Positions 43,451 to 53,640 of a DNA stretch of 64,000 nt are shown here, piece by piece. Positions within the stretch are counted from its first letter, which is position 1. Each line of letters starts with the position of its first letter. The DNA is from Nostoc sp. DedSLP01 (GTDB taxonomy: Bacteria > Cyanobacteriota > Cyanobacteriia > Cyanobacteriales > Nostocaceae). A program made the position numbers and the translations under genes. Under the pieces are notes generated by a model that saw only the letters and a program-made list of their open reading frames with translations, had not been told where the DNA came from and did not search any database. The stretch is taken from positions 192,001 through 256,000 of the forward strand of contig JAVRCJ020000003.1 in the NCBI GenBank assembly GCA_034530875.2, given 5' to 3'.

Positions 43451-43867
43451 GTGTCTGCTAAAGATGCTTTTCATGCACTTGTCAAAACAGCACTTGAGAA
43501 AGATGGCTGGTTAATCACTCACGATCCTTATGCGTTACAGGCGGGAACCCTTGAACTATATATTGATTTAGGAGCAGAAAAAGTTATTGCAGCCGAAAGA
43601 CAAGGACAAAAAATAGCTGTTGAAATTAAAAGTTTTTTGAGTCCTTCAAAAATCACAGAGCTTTATGCTGCATTAGGACAATTTATTATTTACCGAATTG
43701 CTTTACTAGAGCAAGAAGCCAGTCGCACTTTATATTTAGCAGTTCCTAGTACTGTTTATAATGAGTTTTTTATTCTTCCATTTATCCAATCTGTTATTAA
43801 AAGTAATCAACTCTGTTTACTAATTTATAATATTGAACAGGAGGCAATAGAAGAATGGCAAAGCTAG
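43451..43867 (+). CDS. xisH: XisH family protein
   Basis: ALEKDGWLITHDP, IDLGAEK, AVEIKSF, ALGQF, LYLAVP. Confidence 0.9.
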   Translation: MSAKDAFHALVKTALEKDGWLITHDPYALQAGTLELYIDLGAEKVIAAERQGQKIAVEIKSFLSPSKITELYAALGQFIIYRIALLEQEASRTLYLAVPSTVYNEFFILPFIQSVIKSNQLCLLIYNIEQEAIEEWQS

Positions 43868-44187
43868 ACAAATATCGACAATATATTAAAAATTTACTTC
43901 AACAACACGCGAATATTGTTTGGGATAATCGCATTCAAGCCCAGACAATTTTTGATACAGAACACGACCATTATCAACTAGTTTATGTAGGTTGGCGTAA
44001 TCAAAACCGTATCTACGGGCCTGTTCTACATCTAGATATTATTGACGAAAAAATCTGGATTCAGCAGGATGGTACAGAGGTAGGAATTGCTAATGAATTG
44101 GTTGAACTAGGTGTCCCCAAAGAGGATATCGTTTTAGGTTTTCAGTTACCATCTGTACGTAAGTATACAGATTTTGCTGTTAGTTAA
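43855..44187 (+). CDS. xisI: XisI family protein
   Basis: HYQLVYVGW, KIWIQQDGTEVGIANELVELGVPKEDIVLGF. Confidence 0.9.
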   Translation: MAKLDKYRQYIKNLLQQHANIVWDNRIQAQTIFDTEHDHYQLVYVGWRNQNRIYGPVLHLDIIDEKIWIQQDGTEVGIANELVELGVPKEDIVLGFQLPSVRKYTDFAVS

Positions 44188-44221
44188 TAGAGTTTATTGA
44201 AAATAGCGATCGCTGTCTCAT

Positions 44222-44419
44222 TTAAGGTTTATTACAAAGCGGACAAGCTAGCCATAAATTTGATTCATCATTACTACCGCCTTTAGATATAGGAATGATG
44301 TGTTCAATTTCCAAACGCGCCATTACCAAACCTTGAGGACTCAAGCAATAGCCACAGCAGTTTCGAGCAGCAGTGCGGACACGACGTTCTGTTTCCACAG
44401 GAATGTAAAAGCGAGCCAT
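44222..44419 (-). pseudogene. HNH endonuclease, probably C-terminally truncated
   Basis: CGYC, EHIIPISKGG, NLWLACPLCN followed almost at once by a stop. Confidence 0.65.
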
Positions 44420-44496
44420 TGCTTTAATTAAGAGGAGATATTAAGCCACGTTATTTCCAACTTAAAAATCTGTTAAGCATCATAGGTAATTCTTAT

Positions 44497-44892
44497 CTAA
44501 ATCAAAGGCTTTTTAACTTCGCACTGCGTTAACTCCTTGGCTCTTTTGGCAAACTTTTCATCAAATGTATAAAACTCAGAACACTGCTGACTTAAAGCTA
44601 GATGAAAAGCATCAGCAAAATCTAAGCCATTTTCATACCACTGGATGACTTGAAAAATTAAACTAGGATTAGTCAGGTAAATATTAGGTAAACCAAAAAG
44701 GTTTCTCAAAGCTGTACATACGTCATCTAATTTAAATTTGTATGCAAACCTTAACACCCATTCAGTTTCAAGTATTACCGTATCTGCAATAAAAATATCT
44801 TGAGACTGGAAAATTTCTCTACTCTTTTGAAACTGTAATTCATCATCTTGAGTCAAAAATCTAACAATTATATTTGTATCAACTCCAATCAT
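44497..44892 (-). CDS. PIN-domain toxin (VapC family)
   Basis: VDTNIIVRF, ETEWVL, DFADA, TFD. Confidence 0.9.
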   Translation of the reverse strand: MIGVDTNIIVRFLTQDDELQFQKSREIFQSQDIFIADTVILETEWVLRFAYKFKLDDVCTALRNLFGLPNIYLTNPSLIFQVIQWYENGLDFADAFHLALSQQCSEFYTFDEKFAKRAKELTQCEVKKPLI

Positions 44893-45142
44893 TCCATGAT
44901 TCCTCTACACCTTGGCGAATTGCATTATCCATATCCTCAATAGTTTTAGCTTTTCCCTGATATTTTAAACACCCTGCCACATCATCTAATTTAGTTTCTG
45001 GAAAAGGTTTCTTAGGCTTTAAAAGAATTCCATCACCCATATCAATAATAATAAATTCTTGACCTACTTTCCATTGATGAGCTTCCCGCAAAGACTGGGG
45101 AATAATCACTTGTCCTTGAGGAGACAATTTTGTAATTTCCAT
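44879..45142 (-). CDS. AbrB/MazE-fold antitoxin (VapB-like)
   Basis: KLSPQGQVIIPQSLRE; overlaps the PIN gene. Confidence 0.88.
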   Translation of the reverse strand: MEITKLSPQGQVIIPQSLREAHQWKVGQEFIIIDMGDGILLKPKKPFPETKLDDVAGCLKYQGKAKTIEDMDNAIRQGVEESWNDWS

Positions 45143-45292
45143 AATATTAAAAAGCTAAGACTAATAAATTTTAGCACTTTCAATTATTCTCAATTCTTCC
45201 TCTACGCCTCTGCGTGAAATAAAAAAAGGCGAACTTTTACTTTCGCCTCTACTCACATAGTCTTATAGTGTTGCCCAATAAAAACCCAAATC

Positions 45293-46726
<1,434 letters not shown>

Positions 46727-46796
46727 TTAGGAGTAATTGAGTGATAAGTAATGAGTAATGAATTAGGAGTTACGAGTTTTGAATTATGAGCCTTGT

Positions 46797-46857
46797 AGAC
46801 GCGATGAATCGCGTCTCTACTATTAACTCTTGTACAGACGCGATTCATCGCGTCTCT
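46797..46857. repeat. Doublet of REP-like hairpins
   Basis: AGACGCGATGAATCGCGTCTCTAC and GTACAGACGCGATTCATCGCGTCTCT, 11 nt apart. Confidence 0.8.
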
Positions 46858-46901
46858 CCTAACTTTTTACTCATAACTTTTTTTTACTCCTAACTGAGTA
46901 A

Positions 46902-47696
46902 TTAAGCGTTGGGGAAGAGACGGGCAATTTCGGATTCATCAAAAACGCCAGCAGGCAGTTCTTCCCCTAACAAATCGTTATTTTCTTCAGCTTTTTGCAG
47001 TGATGTTTCATCACCCCAGACATCTGATAGCACGTCACTAAACGCACTCTCGTCTATTGGACTATCTTCAAGTGCCTGGTCGTCCAGCTTTACTTCCATT
47101 GCAGCTGTTGTTGCATCGAAAGTAATTTCCCCAAACTCATCTGCTTCTGCGCTAGAGGTTTGGAGGGACTCATCTTTTGAATCTTCGTCCTTGGATAAGG
47201 AACCAAAGCCATTTTCGCTTTCCTGAGACTCGTTTAACGCCAGATTTTCATCATCAGCATCTACCATTGTGAACTGTTGAGATGCCGCGATCGCTTCAAA
47301 GGCATTATGAGAATGTGTCAATGTTTCATCTTCAAGTCTTTCATCAACGGCAGCTACGGCATTATGCACATAATTCTCTTGTTCTGGTGTGACTTGGAAG
47401 CGATTACCAAGAGCAAAATCTGGATCGAAATGCAAATCCAACACTTCAATCAAGGTATCAGCATCAGGATTCAGCTTGGCAAAGGGCAACATCAGTTGCG
47501 CTAACTTTGGTTCTAGGGCGTTAACTACTCCCAGGATGAGGTAAGAAGGTGGCCGCTTGCCACCATCAGGCGTGTAGACCGATTCAACTTCCATGTGCAG
47601 CGTAATCCAGTCGCGATTTATCTGGAAAAATTGCAACCACTTCTGCTTTAATGAATCTGTAAAGCTGTGAAAGAATGCCATGTTATTGTCCCCCAT
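46902..47696 (-). CDS. DUF5331-like protein with acidic C-terminal tail
   Basis: LKQKWL, RPPSYLILG, LNPDAD; lies between chlL and chlN; family recalled. Confidence 0.7.
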   Translation of the reverse strand: MGDNNMAFFHSFTDSLKQKWLQFFQINRDWITLHMEVESVYTPDGGKRPPSYLILGVVNALEPKLAQLMLPFAKLNPDADTLIEVLDLHFDPDFALGNRFQVTPEQENYVHNAVAAVDERLEDETLTHSHNAFEAIAASQQFTMVDADDENLALNESQESENGFGSLSKDEDSKDESLQTSSAEADEFGEITFDATTAAMEVKLDDQALEDSPIDESAFSDVLSDVWGDETSLQKAEENNDLLGEELPAGVFDESEIARLFPNA

Positions 47697-47713
47697 CCTG
47701 AGAACTTGGTGAT

Positions 47714-48580
47714 TTATACAATCATCAAGTCTAGTTCCTCTTCCGAATTAGGAACCTGGGGTTTACCCGGATTTAGATAAAAATCGGACAACAAAGAGAA
47801 CAACTCCCGATCTGGTGAGTCGTTAGGTACGACTCCTTCGGGACGCGCCAGGATTTGGTCGGCAATATTGAGATAGTAATCGCAAACGTAATCCAGAGAA
47901 GGATCTTGTTCTGCCATTTCAAACAAAGTTTTGCCTTTTACGCGAGAAACGCGGATATCTTCAATCAAAGGTAAAACCTCTAGAACTGGCATTGGCACAG
48001 CTTCTACATATTTTTCAATTAAGTCGCGCTTCGAGGTGCGGTTGCCAATTAACCCAGCTAAACGCAATGGGTGAGTTCGTGCTTTTTCCCGGACTGAAGC
48101 AGCAATGCGATTAGCAGCAAATAAGGCATCAAAGCCGTTGTCTGTAACAATCAGGCAGTAATCTGCATAGTTGAGTGGTGCTGCAAATCCACCACAAACT
48201 ACGTCGCCGAGAACGTCAAACAAAATTACATCGTACTCATCAAAAGCGTTGAGTTCTTTCAGTAATTTTACGGTTTCGCCAACGACATAACCGCCACATC
48301 CAGCTCCCGCAGGTGGCCCGCCAGCCTCTACGCAATCAACACCGCCATAGCCTTTGTAAATCACATCTTCCGGCCAGACATCTTCGTAGTGATAATCCTT
48401 TTCTTGGAGGGTGTCGATAATTGTGGGAATCAAAAACCCTGTCAGGGTGAAGGTGCTGTCATGTTTTGGGTCGCAGCCAATTTGCAGCACTTTCTTGCCA
48501 CGTTTAGCTAGGGCGACGGATATATTACAGCTAGTTGTGGATTTGCCAATACCACCTTTTCCGTAGACTGCTAGTTTCAC
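47714..48580 (-). CDS. chlL: Light-independent protochlorophyllide reductase iron-sulfur ATP-binding subunit
   Basis: [33 protein letters not shown]; linked to chlN; GTG at 48580. Confidence 0.96.
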   Translation of the reverse strand: MKLAVYGKGGIGKSTTSCNISVALAKRGKKVLQIGCDPKHDSTFTLTGFLIPTIIDTLQEKDYHYEDVWPEDVIYKGYGGVDCVEAGGPPAGAGCGGYVVGETVKLLKELNAFDEYDVILFDVLGDVVCGGFAAPLNYADYCLIVTDNGFDALFAANRIAASVREKARTHPLRLAGLIGNRTSKRDLIEKYVEAVPMPVLEVLPLIEDIRVSRVKGKTLFEMAEQDPSLDYVCDYYLNIADQILARPEGVVPNDSPDRELFSLLSDFYLNPGKPQVPNSEEELDLMIV

Positions 48581-49353
48581 TTTTGTTTGCCTCTTATAGC
48601 TTCTTGTCAAACTTGTGGCTCAAACATTTGCCTTCACCTAGCCTGAGACGGCGATGCGTGAGGTCTTGTGGTTGTCATTATTGTGCAAATCACATGGAAA
48701 AGAAAGTGGGTCTTAATCTGTAAAACGTTGATATTTATAGATATATGTTTTAAATATCATTTTTTAGGCTTTTATGAATTTAAAAGGTTTATATAGACAA
48801 AAAAAAATATAAATAAAACTTTTTATTTACTAATTTTATAAAAATAGTTACAAAATACAAAAAGCTGAAATTCCCTTTTTTAAATGGTTTTCATAGAATT
48901 AACTGATTCTCATACGACGCGTTTTCAGGGGATTAGGGCTTATGCTCAGTGGTAAACAGAGGTATGTGCAGTTGTATGTTGCAAATACGACAGAAATTAG
49001 CACTCTGCTGGAAATTGCCAAATTTCACAGGGTAGCCAACACTATTAAATTGCTGCTTTAGAGAAAGTTAGTGGGATTTTGTAAAATATTATTAATTTAT
49101 TAAGTATTCTCTAAAATTCTTAAAAACTTTAGGTTGCATAAAAATAAAAAAATATCCATTAAGAAATATTAAGATATCCAGACTAAAAGCCATAGTGTTA
49201 ACTTGAGAAAGTACAGAGTTGTTTAGTGAAAAAAATGTTAATTTGCTTTGCTGGATAGGGAATTATATCTATAAAGTAACTCCTAGCTTGACGTTCAAAT
49301 TCGTCAAAAATTGTTACTAAATAAATTTATTTACAACAAGCCTCACTAAAAAT

Positions 49354-50064
49354 ATGCAAGTTAAATTAGGATTCGGAGCTATTCCAAAACCTCAATATGT
49401 CTTTGTTAGCAAAGAATTCGATCATTGCTGGTATATGCTATCTGACGATAAAAAACAAATTCCGATTCATGACAGAGCTTTGACTGGAGTGATAACAGGC
49501 ATAGAAGTTAACAAAAAGGTGGAAACTTCACACGGAGAAGCAGAAAAAACTGATTTGCATATTTTGGCAGATAAGCCTTATGTCATACGCTCAGGAAGTG
49601 AATTTTACTTCTCTAAAAGTTTATTGCTTTCACTTGAAGCCTTGACTTCTGAACAATTGGTTCATCCTCTAACTATAGCAGTCAGCCCTGGAGAGAAAAC
49701 AATTGTATTTTGTGCAATTTATAATCCAGTCACTTATCGTTCTGTCGGTGTTAGTTGGGATGGACACAGAGAAAATAACTGGCAAGCTTTAGGACAAAAG
49801 GTAAGTTTAAAAATTAACTCTCTGCAAAATTTCAACCAAGAATCAATACAAACTTCTGCTAATACAACACCATCAGAAGTTCATGCAGTTTTGATAGCTC
49901 AAACTGACAGATATTTAGCACAATTAAAGTGGACTCCAGAACAAGGTAGAGAATATTTGCAGCAAAAATATGGCAAGCGATCGCGTTTACAACTCTCTGA
50001 TACAGAAATTCTCGAATTTATTGATTATCTGGAAGGAAAACTAACTCAAAACTGCCAAATTTAG
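49354..50064 (+). CDS. Hypothetical protein, 236 aa
   Basis: ATG ORF; predicted beta-rich N-part and small helical C-part (WTPEQGREYLQQKYGKRSR). Confidence 0.7.
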   Translation: MQVKLGFGAIPKPQYVFVSKEFDHCWYMLSDDKKQIPIHDRALTGVITGIEVNKKVETSHGEAEKTDLHILADKPYVIRSGSEFYFSKSLLLSLEALTSEQLVHPLTIAVSPGEKTIVFCAIYNPVTYRSVGVSWDGHRENNWQALGQKVSLKINSLQNFNQESIQTSANTTPSEVHAVLIAQTDRYLAQLKWTPEQGREYLQQKYGKRSRLQLSDTEILEFIDYLEGKLTQNCQI

Positions 50065-50145
50065 CTACTGTTGTGTAAGGTTTGAATAATGGCGATCGCA
50101 CACGTACTGTAGTTGCAAAAAATACAAAATGTGCTATGACGCAGA

Positions 50146-50505
50146 TTATATATCTGATGATGCTTCAGAATCATCTAACTCAGCTAGAGCTATTTTGACA
50201 CACGCACAAACACCCTTCCAATCAAATTCTGACAAGTGACCAATCAAAACCAAATTGGCAGAGGGTGGTAGAGTGACAATGAAACTTCTGAAAATAGACG
50301 CAACTCGTAATCCTGCTGCTGCCCAATCCTGAAGTACATAGTCAGTAATTCCAAGGCTAGTTGTCTGAGTAGTCAGAAGTCCAACAATTACATCTGTACG
50401 AGTCGCATGATAAGTGGTGGATGACAGAACTACAGCTGGACGACGCTTAATACCAGTAACGCCAGGAAAATCAACTGTAACTACATCACCAGGATTAAAT
50501 GTCAC
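50146..50505 (-). CDS. PemK/MazF-family toxin
   Basis: PGDVVTVDFP, KRRPAVVLS. Confidence 0.88.
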   Translation of the reverse strand: MTFNPGDVVTVDFPGVTGIKRRPAVVLSSTTYHATRTDVIVGLLTTQTTSLGITDYVLQDWAAAGLRVASIFRSFIVTLPPSANLVLIGHLSEFDWKGVCACVKIALAELDDSEASSDI

Positions 50506-50729
50506 TCAACTGTCTCCTCACTTTCAGGAAAAATTGAAGCTGCGTAATGTAAAGAGAAGGATGCTAAATCAACCCGATCTTGCTCAGTCCAAGTATCACT
50601 TTGGTCGATGATAGACAAGTTTTGCTGAACTAGCTCATTTAGAATCAGGGTTGCCAAGCGTAAACGCTCAGTTGGTGACAAGTTACAAACAACTTGGCTG
50701 TATATCTCTTGGGCAGTATTGGACATCAT
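50502..50729 (-). CDS. Putative antitoxin of the MazF-like toxin
   Basis: Small acidic ORF with RBS GGAGG, overlapping the toxin start by 4 nt. Confidence 0.7.
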   Translation of the reverse strand: MMSNTAQEIYSQVVCNLSPTERLRLATLILNELVQQNLSIIDQSDTWTEQDRVDLASFSLHYAASIFPESEETVE

Positions 50730-50901
50730 AAACCCTCCTGTCCCTAATCCTAACAGGTGCGATCGCTTGTCTACTGTATTGAAATGTTAGGCTGCGGTAA
50801 TTGCGTTTGTAGAAATATTGAGTTTACTGAAGATACAAAAAATTTAGGATTTTTTACATTAATCCAATCATTGATGACAATAGCAAATTATAATTATCGA
50901 A

Positions 50902-51663
50902 TTACTTTAAGCGATCAACAATACCAAAAATATCATTAATAAGACCTAAAATAAGACCTAATCCAGTTATCAGTGTAAGTGTAACCGCTGCGTACTGAGC
51001 TAAGACACTTTGCTGTTGCTGAATTAAAACAAAAACCATAAACCCAAGAAATATAGAAACCACAAGTAGAAGTTTTATAACCTGTCCTTGCGAGCGCATA
51101 CGATTAAAACTTTCTATCGTTGTGCCAGATTCAGAGAAGTCAATATACTCATAGCAAATTATATCTTGACGTATATCATGGTACATTCTACTTAAGCCCT
51201 TTGTACGCCACTCCTTTGAGTAAACTCTATCATCAAGTTCAAAACAACAAACATGTTTTATCGCACTTGATATATAAGATGATATAATATCACTAGAAAC
51301 TTTCTTATTACATCCTGAAATATCGATAATTAAGTTATTTAAATCAGGAAAATTTCTCTTTATATTTTTGATTGAAACTTCTGGATTTACAAATAAAATT
51401 TTTATAATCCTCTCTTCTATTGGATTTAAAGATAGTAAAGATTGATATGCGATTTGATACTCATTATGAGTAATTAAAAGTTCTTCAAACTTATCTTTTA
51501 TTTTCTTAATTTGATCTTTAACTTCTGAAAGCTTACCTACAGCTCCTTCGTTGACTCCAAAGTAAACATCTCGAACACCTTTGACTTGAATACAATGTGT
51601 TAGGATATTGACGTAAAGTCCCGGATTATCGCTTTGAATGACAAGAAGTAACTGTTTCGCCAT
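50902..51663 (-). CDS. CARF-like Rossmann domain plus two C-terminal TM helices (putative effector)
   Basis: LLLVIQSDNP first strand, LIIDISGCNKKVS resembling the CARF D-x-T/S-G-G-x-K motif, two hydrophobic C-terminal segments; ATG at 51663. Confidence 0.62.
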   Translation of the reverse strand: MAKQLLLVIQSDNPGLYVNILTHCIQVKGVRDVYFGVNEGAVGKLSEVKDQIKKIKDKFEELLITHNEYQIAYQSLLSLNPIEERIIKILFVNPEVSIKNIKRNFPDLNNLIIDISGCNKKVSSDIISSYISSAIKHVCCFELDDRVYSKEWRTKGLSRMYHDIRQDIICYEYIDFSESGTTIESFNRMRSQGQVIKLLLVVSIFLGFMVFVLIQQQQSVLAQYAAVTLTLITGLGLILGLINDIFGIVDRLK

Positions 51664-52039
51664 TTGAATATTCCTGAAATATTTCAATTCGATCTTTTCC
51701 AGTAGCTTTAGCTAATTTCAATGCAAAATAAGCTTGACGTGAATTATCACCAATGCCAAAGGATAATGTCGCCTTTGAGAAGGTGGCAAACTTTATTCTT
51801 AAACTTTCTAATTGGCTTAATGATATGTCATCAGATTGCAATCTTGCAAGTAAGCTATCTCCAGCATTAAATATTATTTTTGCATTAAATTCACCTGATA
51901 GAGTTTCTGCCAACCATAACATAGCTGATTGAAAACTATGAGAAAAATTTGATAAAGACTCAATTTGATCTGTGGCAATCAAAAACTCAATTTTTCTACC
52001 AACATCGTCACCGTCTACTGCAAGATATAGATATCCCAT
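51626..52039 (-). CDS. mCpol (minimal CRISPR polymerase)-like nucleotide cyclase
   Basis: YLAVDGDDVGRKIE, IIFNAGDSL, LSFGIG, AYFALKLAKATGKDRI in a stand-alone protein of about 137 aa. Confidence 0.82.
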   Translation of the reverse strand: MGYLYLAVDGDDVGRKIEFLIATDQIESLSNFSHSFQSAMLWLAETLSGEFNAKIIFNAGDSLLARLQSDDISLSQLESLRIKFATFSKATLSFGIGDNSRQAYFALKLAKATGKDRIEIFQEYSNGETVTSCHSKR

Positions 52040-52156
52040 AGACAATAAATATCCAACAATAATGTGGCTGTCAACAACTTCAGTAGTAACTTAATAATGT
52101 TTGAATTGATTAGAACGTTAAAAATTTTAATAATACTAGATGGCGAATTTGCTTTA

Positions 52157-52600
52157 TCAAATATCGCTTGCTTCCGGTAGCCAGTCTTCATCTAACACTA
52201 ATTCCAAAGAATATGGGCATTCTTCTGGAAACGTAGAAATTAGCATCTCTGTTTGCTTGGCTGCTTGCCTACGTGCCCTTTGATAACTTTCTTGAAGTTG
52301 CTCTTTAGGATAGTTCTTAAGACTAGGACTATCGATTATCGCTAACTCAATTTGGGTGCGAGAATCAGTGATGGAATCCAGCCAACTATCTGAACGACGC
52401 TGGGGTTGATATTGCCACTTGAGCAGATGCAATAATAAGCGAGTTAGTTGACTGGCGATAGCACGCCGTTCGCTTTTGCCCAAGCCTTCAACCTCTTCAA
52501 TCAGATGTTCTAAATCGATTTCATCCCAGCGATGCGATCGCAATAGTTGAGCTGTCTGCTCAATCCACAAATTAAAATCTGTTGTATGAGTTTCGCTCAT
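52157..52600 (-). CDS. DUF29 family protein
   Basis: DFNLWIEQT, IDLEHLIEEV, HLLKWQYQP, SPSLK, FPEECPY. Confidence 0.9.
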   Translation of the reverse strand: MSETHTTDFNLWIEQTAQLLRSHRWDEIDLEHLIEEVEGLGKSERRAIASQLTRLLLHLLKWQYQPQRRSDSWLDSITDSRTQIELAIIDSPSLKNYPKEQLQESYQRARRQAAKQTEMLISTFPEECPYSLELVLDEDWLPEASDI

Positions 52601-52611
52601 AGCCCGTTACT

Positions 52612-52869
52612 TCATTTTCCAATTCGCTCAAGTTCCTCTCGTAATACTCGCCGTAATGTCTCTTCTAAAGGTTCACGGCGCTGCTGAATATACTCACGCA
52701 AAGCATCGTTAATCAAAGTTTGGTAATTTCCTCCACCTGCTGCGTGAACTTGGTCGCGAAACCATGCTAGTACTTCATCATCTAGGCGAATTGTAATTCT
52801 AGTTTTGCCTGTTGGCGTTGGTTCAATCGCTCCCCGCTTCCCCTGACTAAAATCATACTCAGCTTCCAT
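52612..52869 (-). CDS. BrnA-family antitoxin
   Basis: EYDFS, ITIRLDDEVLAWF, YQTLINDALR. Confidence 0.9.
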   Translation of the reverse strand: MEAEYDFSQGKRGAIEPTPTGKTRITIRLDDEVLAWFRDQVHAAGGGNYQTLINDALREYIQQRREPLEETLRRVLREELERIGK

Positions 52870-52872
52870 GAC

Positions 52873-53139
52873 TTATCCTTCCCCATACTGCCTTTGTTCA
52901 TAGCGTGTAGCTTGGCTAGCAGAAATTAATCGAATCTCATCATTGCGCAATGTATACACAACTACTAGGATTCGACCGAAAGCATCCATACTAATAGTAA
53001 TAAACCTCTCTTCATTAAAACGTTCATCTGTGATGGTAATTGCTAAATCATCAGAAAATATAGTTACTGCATCAGCAAAGTCAACGTTATGCTTGCGAAG
53101 ATTGGCTGCTGCTTTATCTCTATCCCACTGATACGCCAT
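52873..53139 (-). CDS. BrnT-family toxin
   Basis: WDRDKAAANLRKHNVDF, EERF, IRLISA. Confidence 0.9.
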   Translation of the reverse strand: MAYQWDRDKAAANLRKHNVDFADAVTIFSDDLAITITDERFNEERFITISMDAFGRILVVVYTLRNDEIRLISASQATRYEQRQYGEG

Positions 53140-53150
53140 CTAAATCTATT

Positions 53151-53170
53151 GTATGCACATTTGTGCATAC
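53151..53170. promoter_or_regulatory. Palindromic candidate operator of the brnTA pair
   Basis: GTATGCACA-TT-TGTGCATAC, perfect 9-bp arms, 11 bp before the toxin ATG. Confidence 0.6.
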
Positions 53171-53221
53171 TAGCAGATGATGAGTACTTAACTAGTGTAT
53201 TTGTGTATGTTTTTTCTAGCT

Positions 53222-53500
53222 TCAAAAATCTTCATCATCAACAAAAAATTCGGCATCGTCTTCTAACCGAGAATTACCCTGTCTATAACCACCAAGATTC
53301 CAGAGTGGTTGCAGCAGTGCTGTGCCAATTAACCCTATAACCGCACTAAAAGCTAAAACTAAACCTGCTGGTATTTGTATTGATTGAAATGTTAAGAATT
53401 TTAACGATACTGGTGTGGCATTTTGAACTGAAATAATTGCGATCGCCATTACCCAAACAGCTACAACTACGATTGTCAATAAAGGAGCTAAAGTTTTCAT
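53222..53500 (-). CDS. LapA/DUF1049-like small membrane protein
   Basis: SVQNATPVSLKFL between two TM helices. Confidence 0.7.
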   Translation of the reverse strand: MKTLAPLLTIVVVAVWVMAIAIISVQNATPVSLKFLTFQSIQIPAGLVLAFSAVIGLIGTALLQPLWNLGGYRQGNSRLEDDAEFFVDDEDF

Positions 53501-53640
53501 ATCTTAATAAAAGTTAGGAGTTAGGAGTGAGGAGTTAGGAGTTCAGATTTTCATCAAAGTTATAAATTAAGAGTTAAGAGTTGTAAATTAACAATTCTTA
53601 ACTCTTAACTCCTAACTATTAACTCCCGATTTTGAATAAA

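Noticed and set aside
47714..48580. NifH-like protein suggesting a nitrogenase cluster
   Set aside because: Linkage to chlN and the sequence identify ChlL.
51626..52039. Ordinary GGDEF diguanylate cyclase
   Set aside because: No GGDEF/GGEEF signature or sensor domain; the DGDDxG start and small size fit mCpol better.
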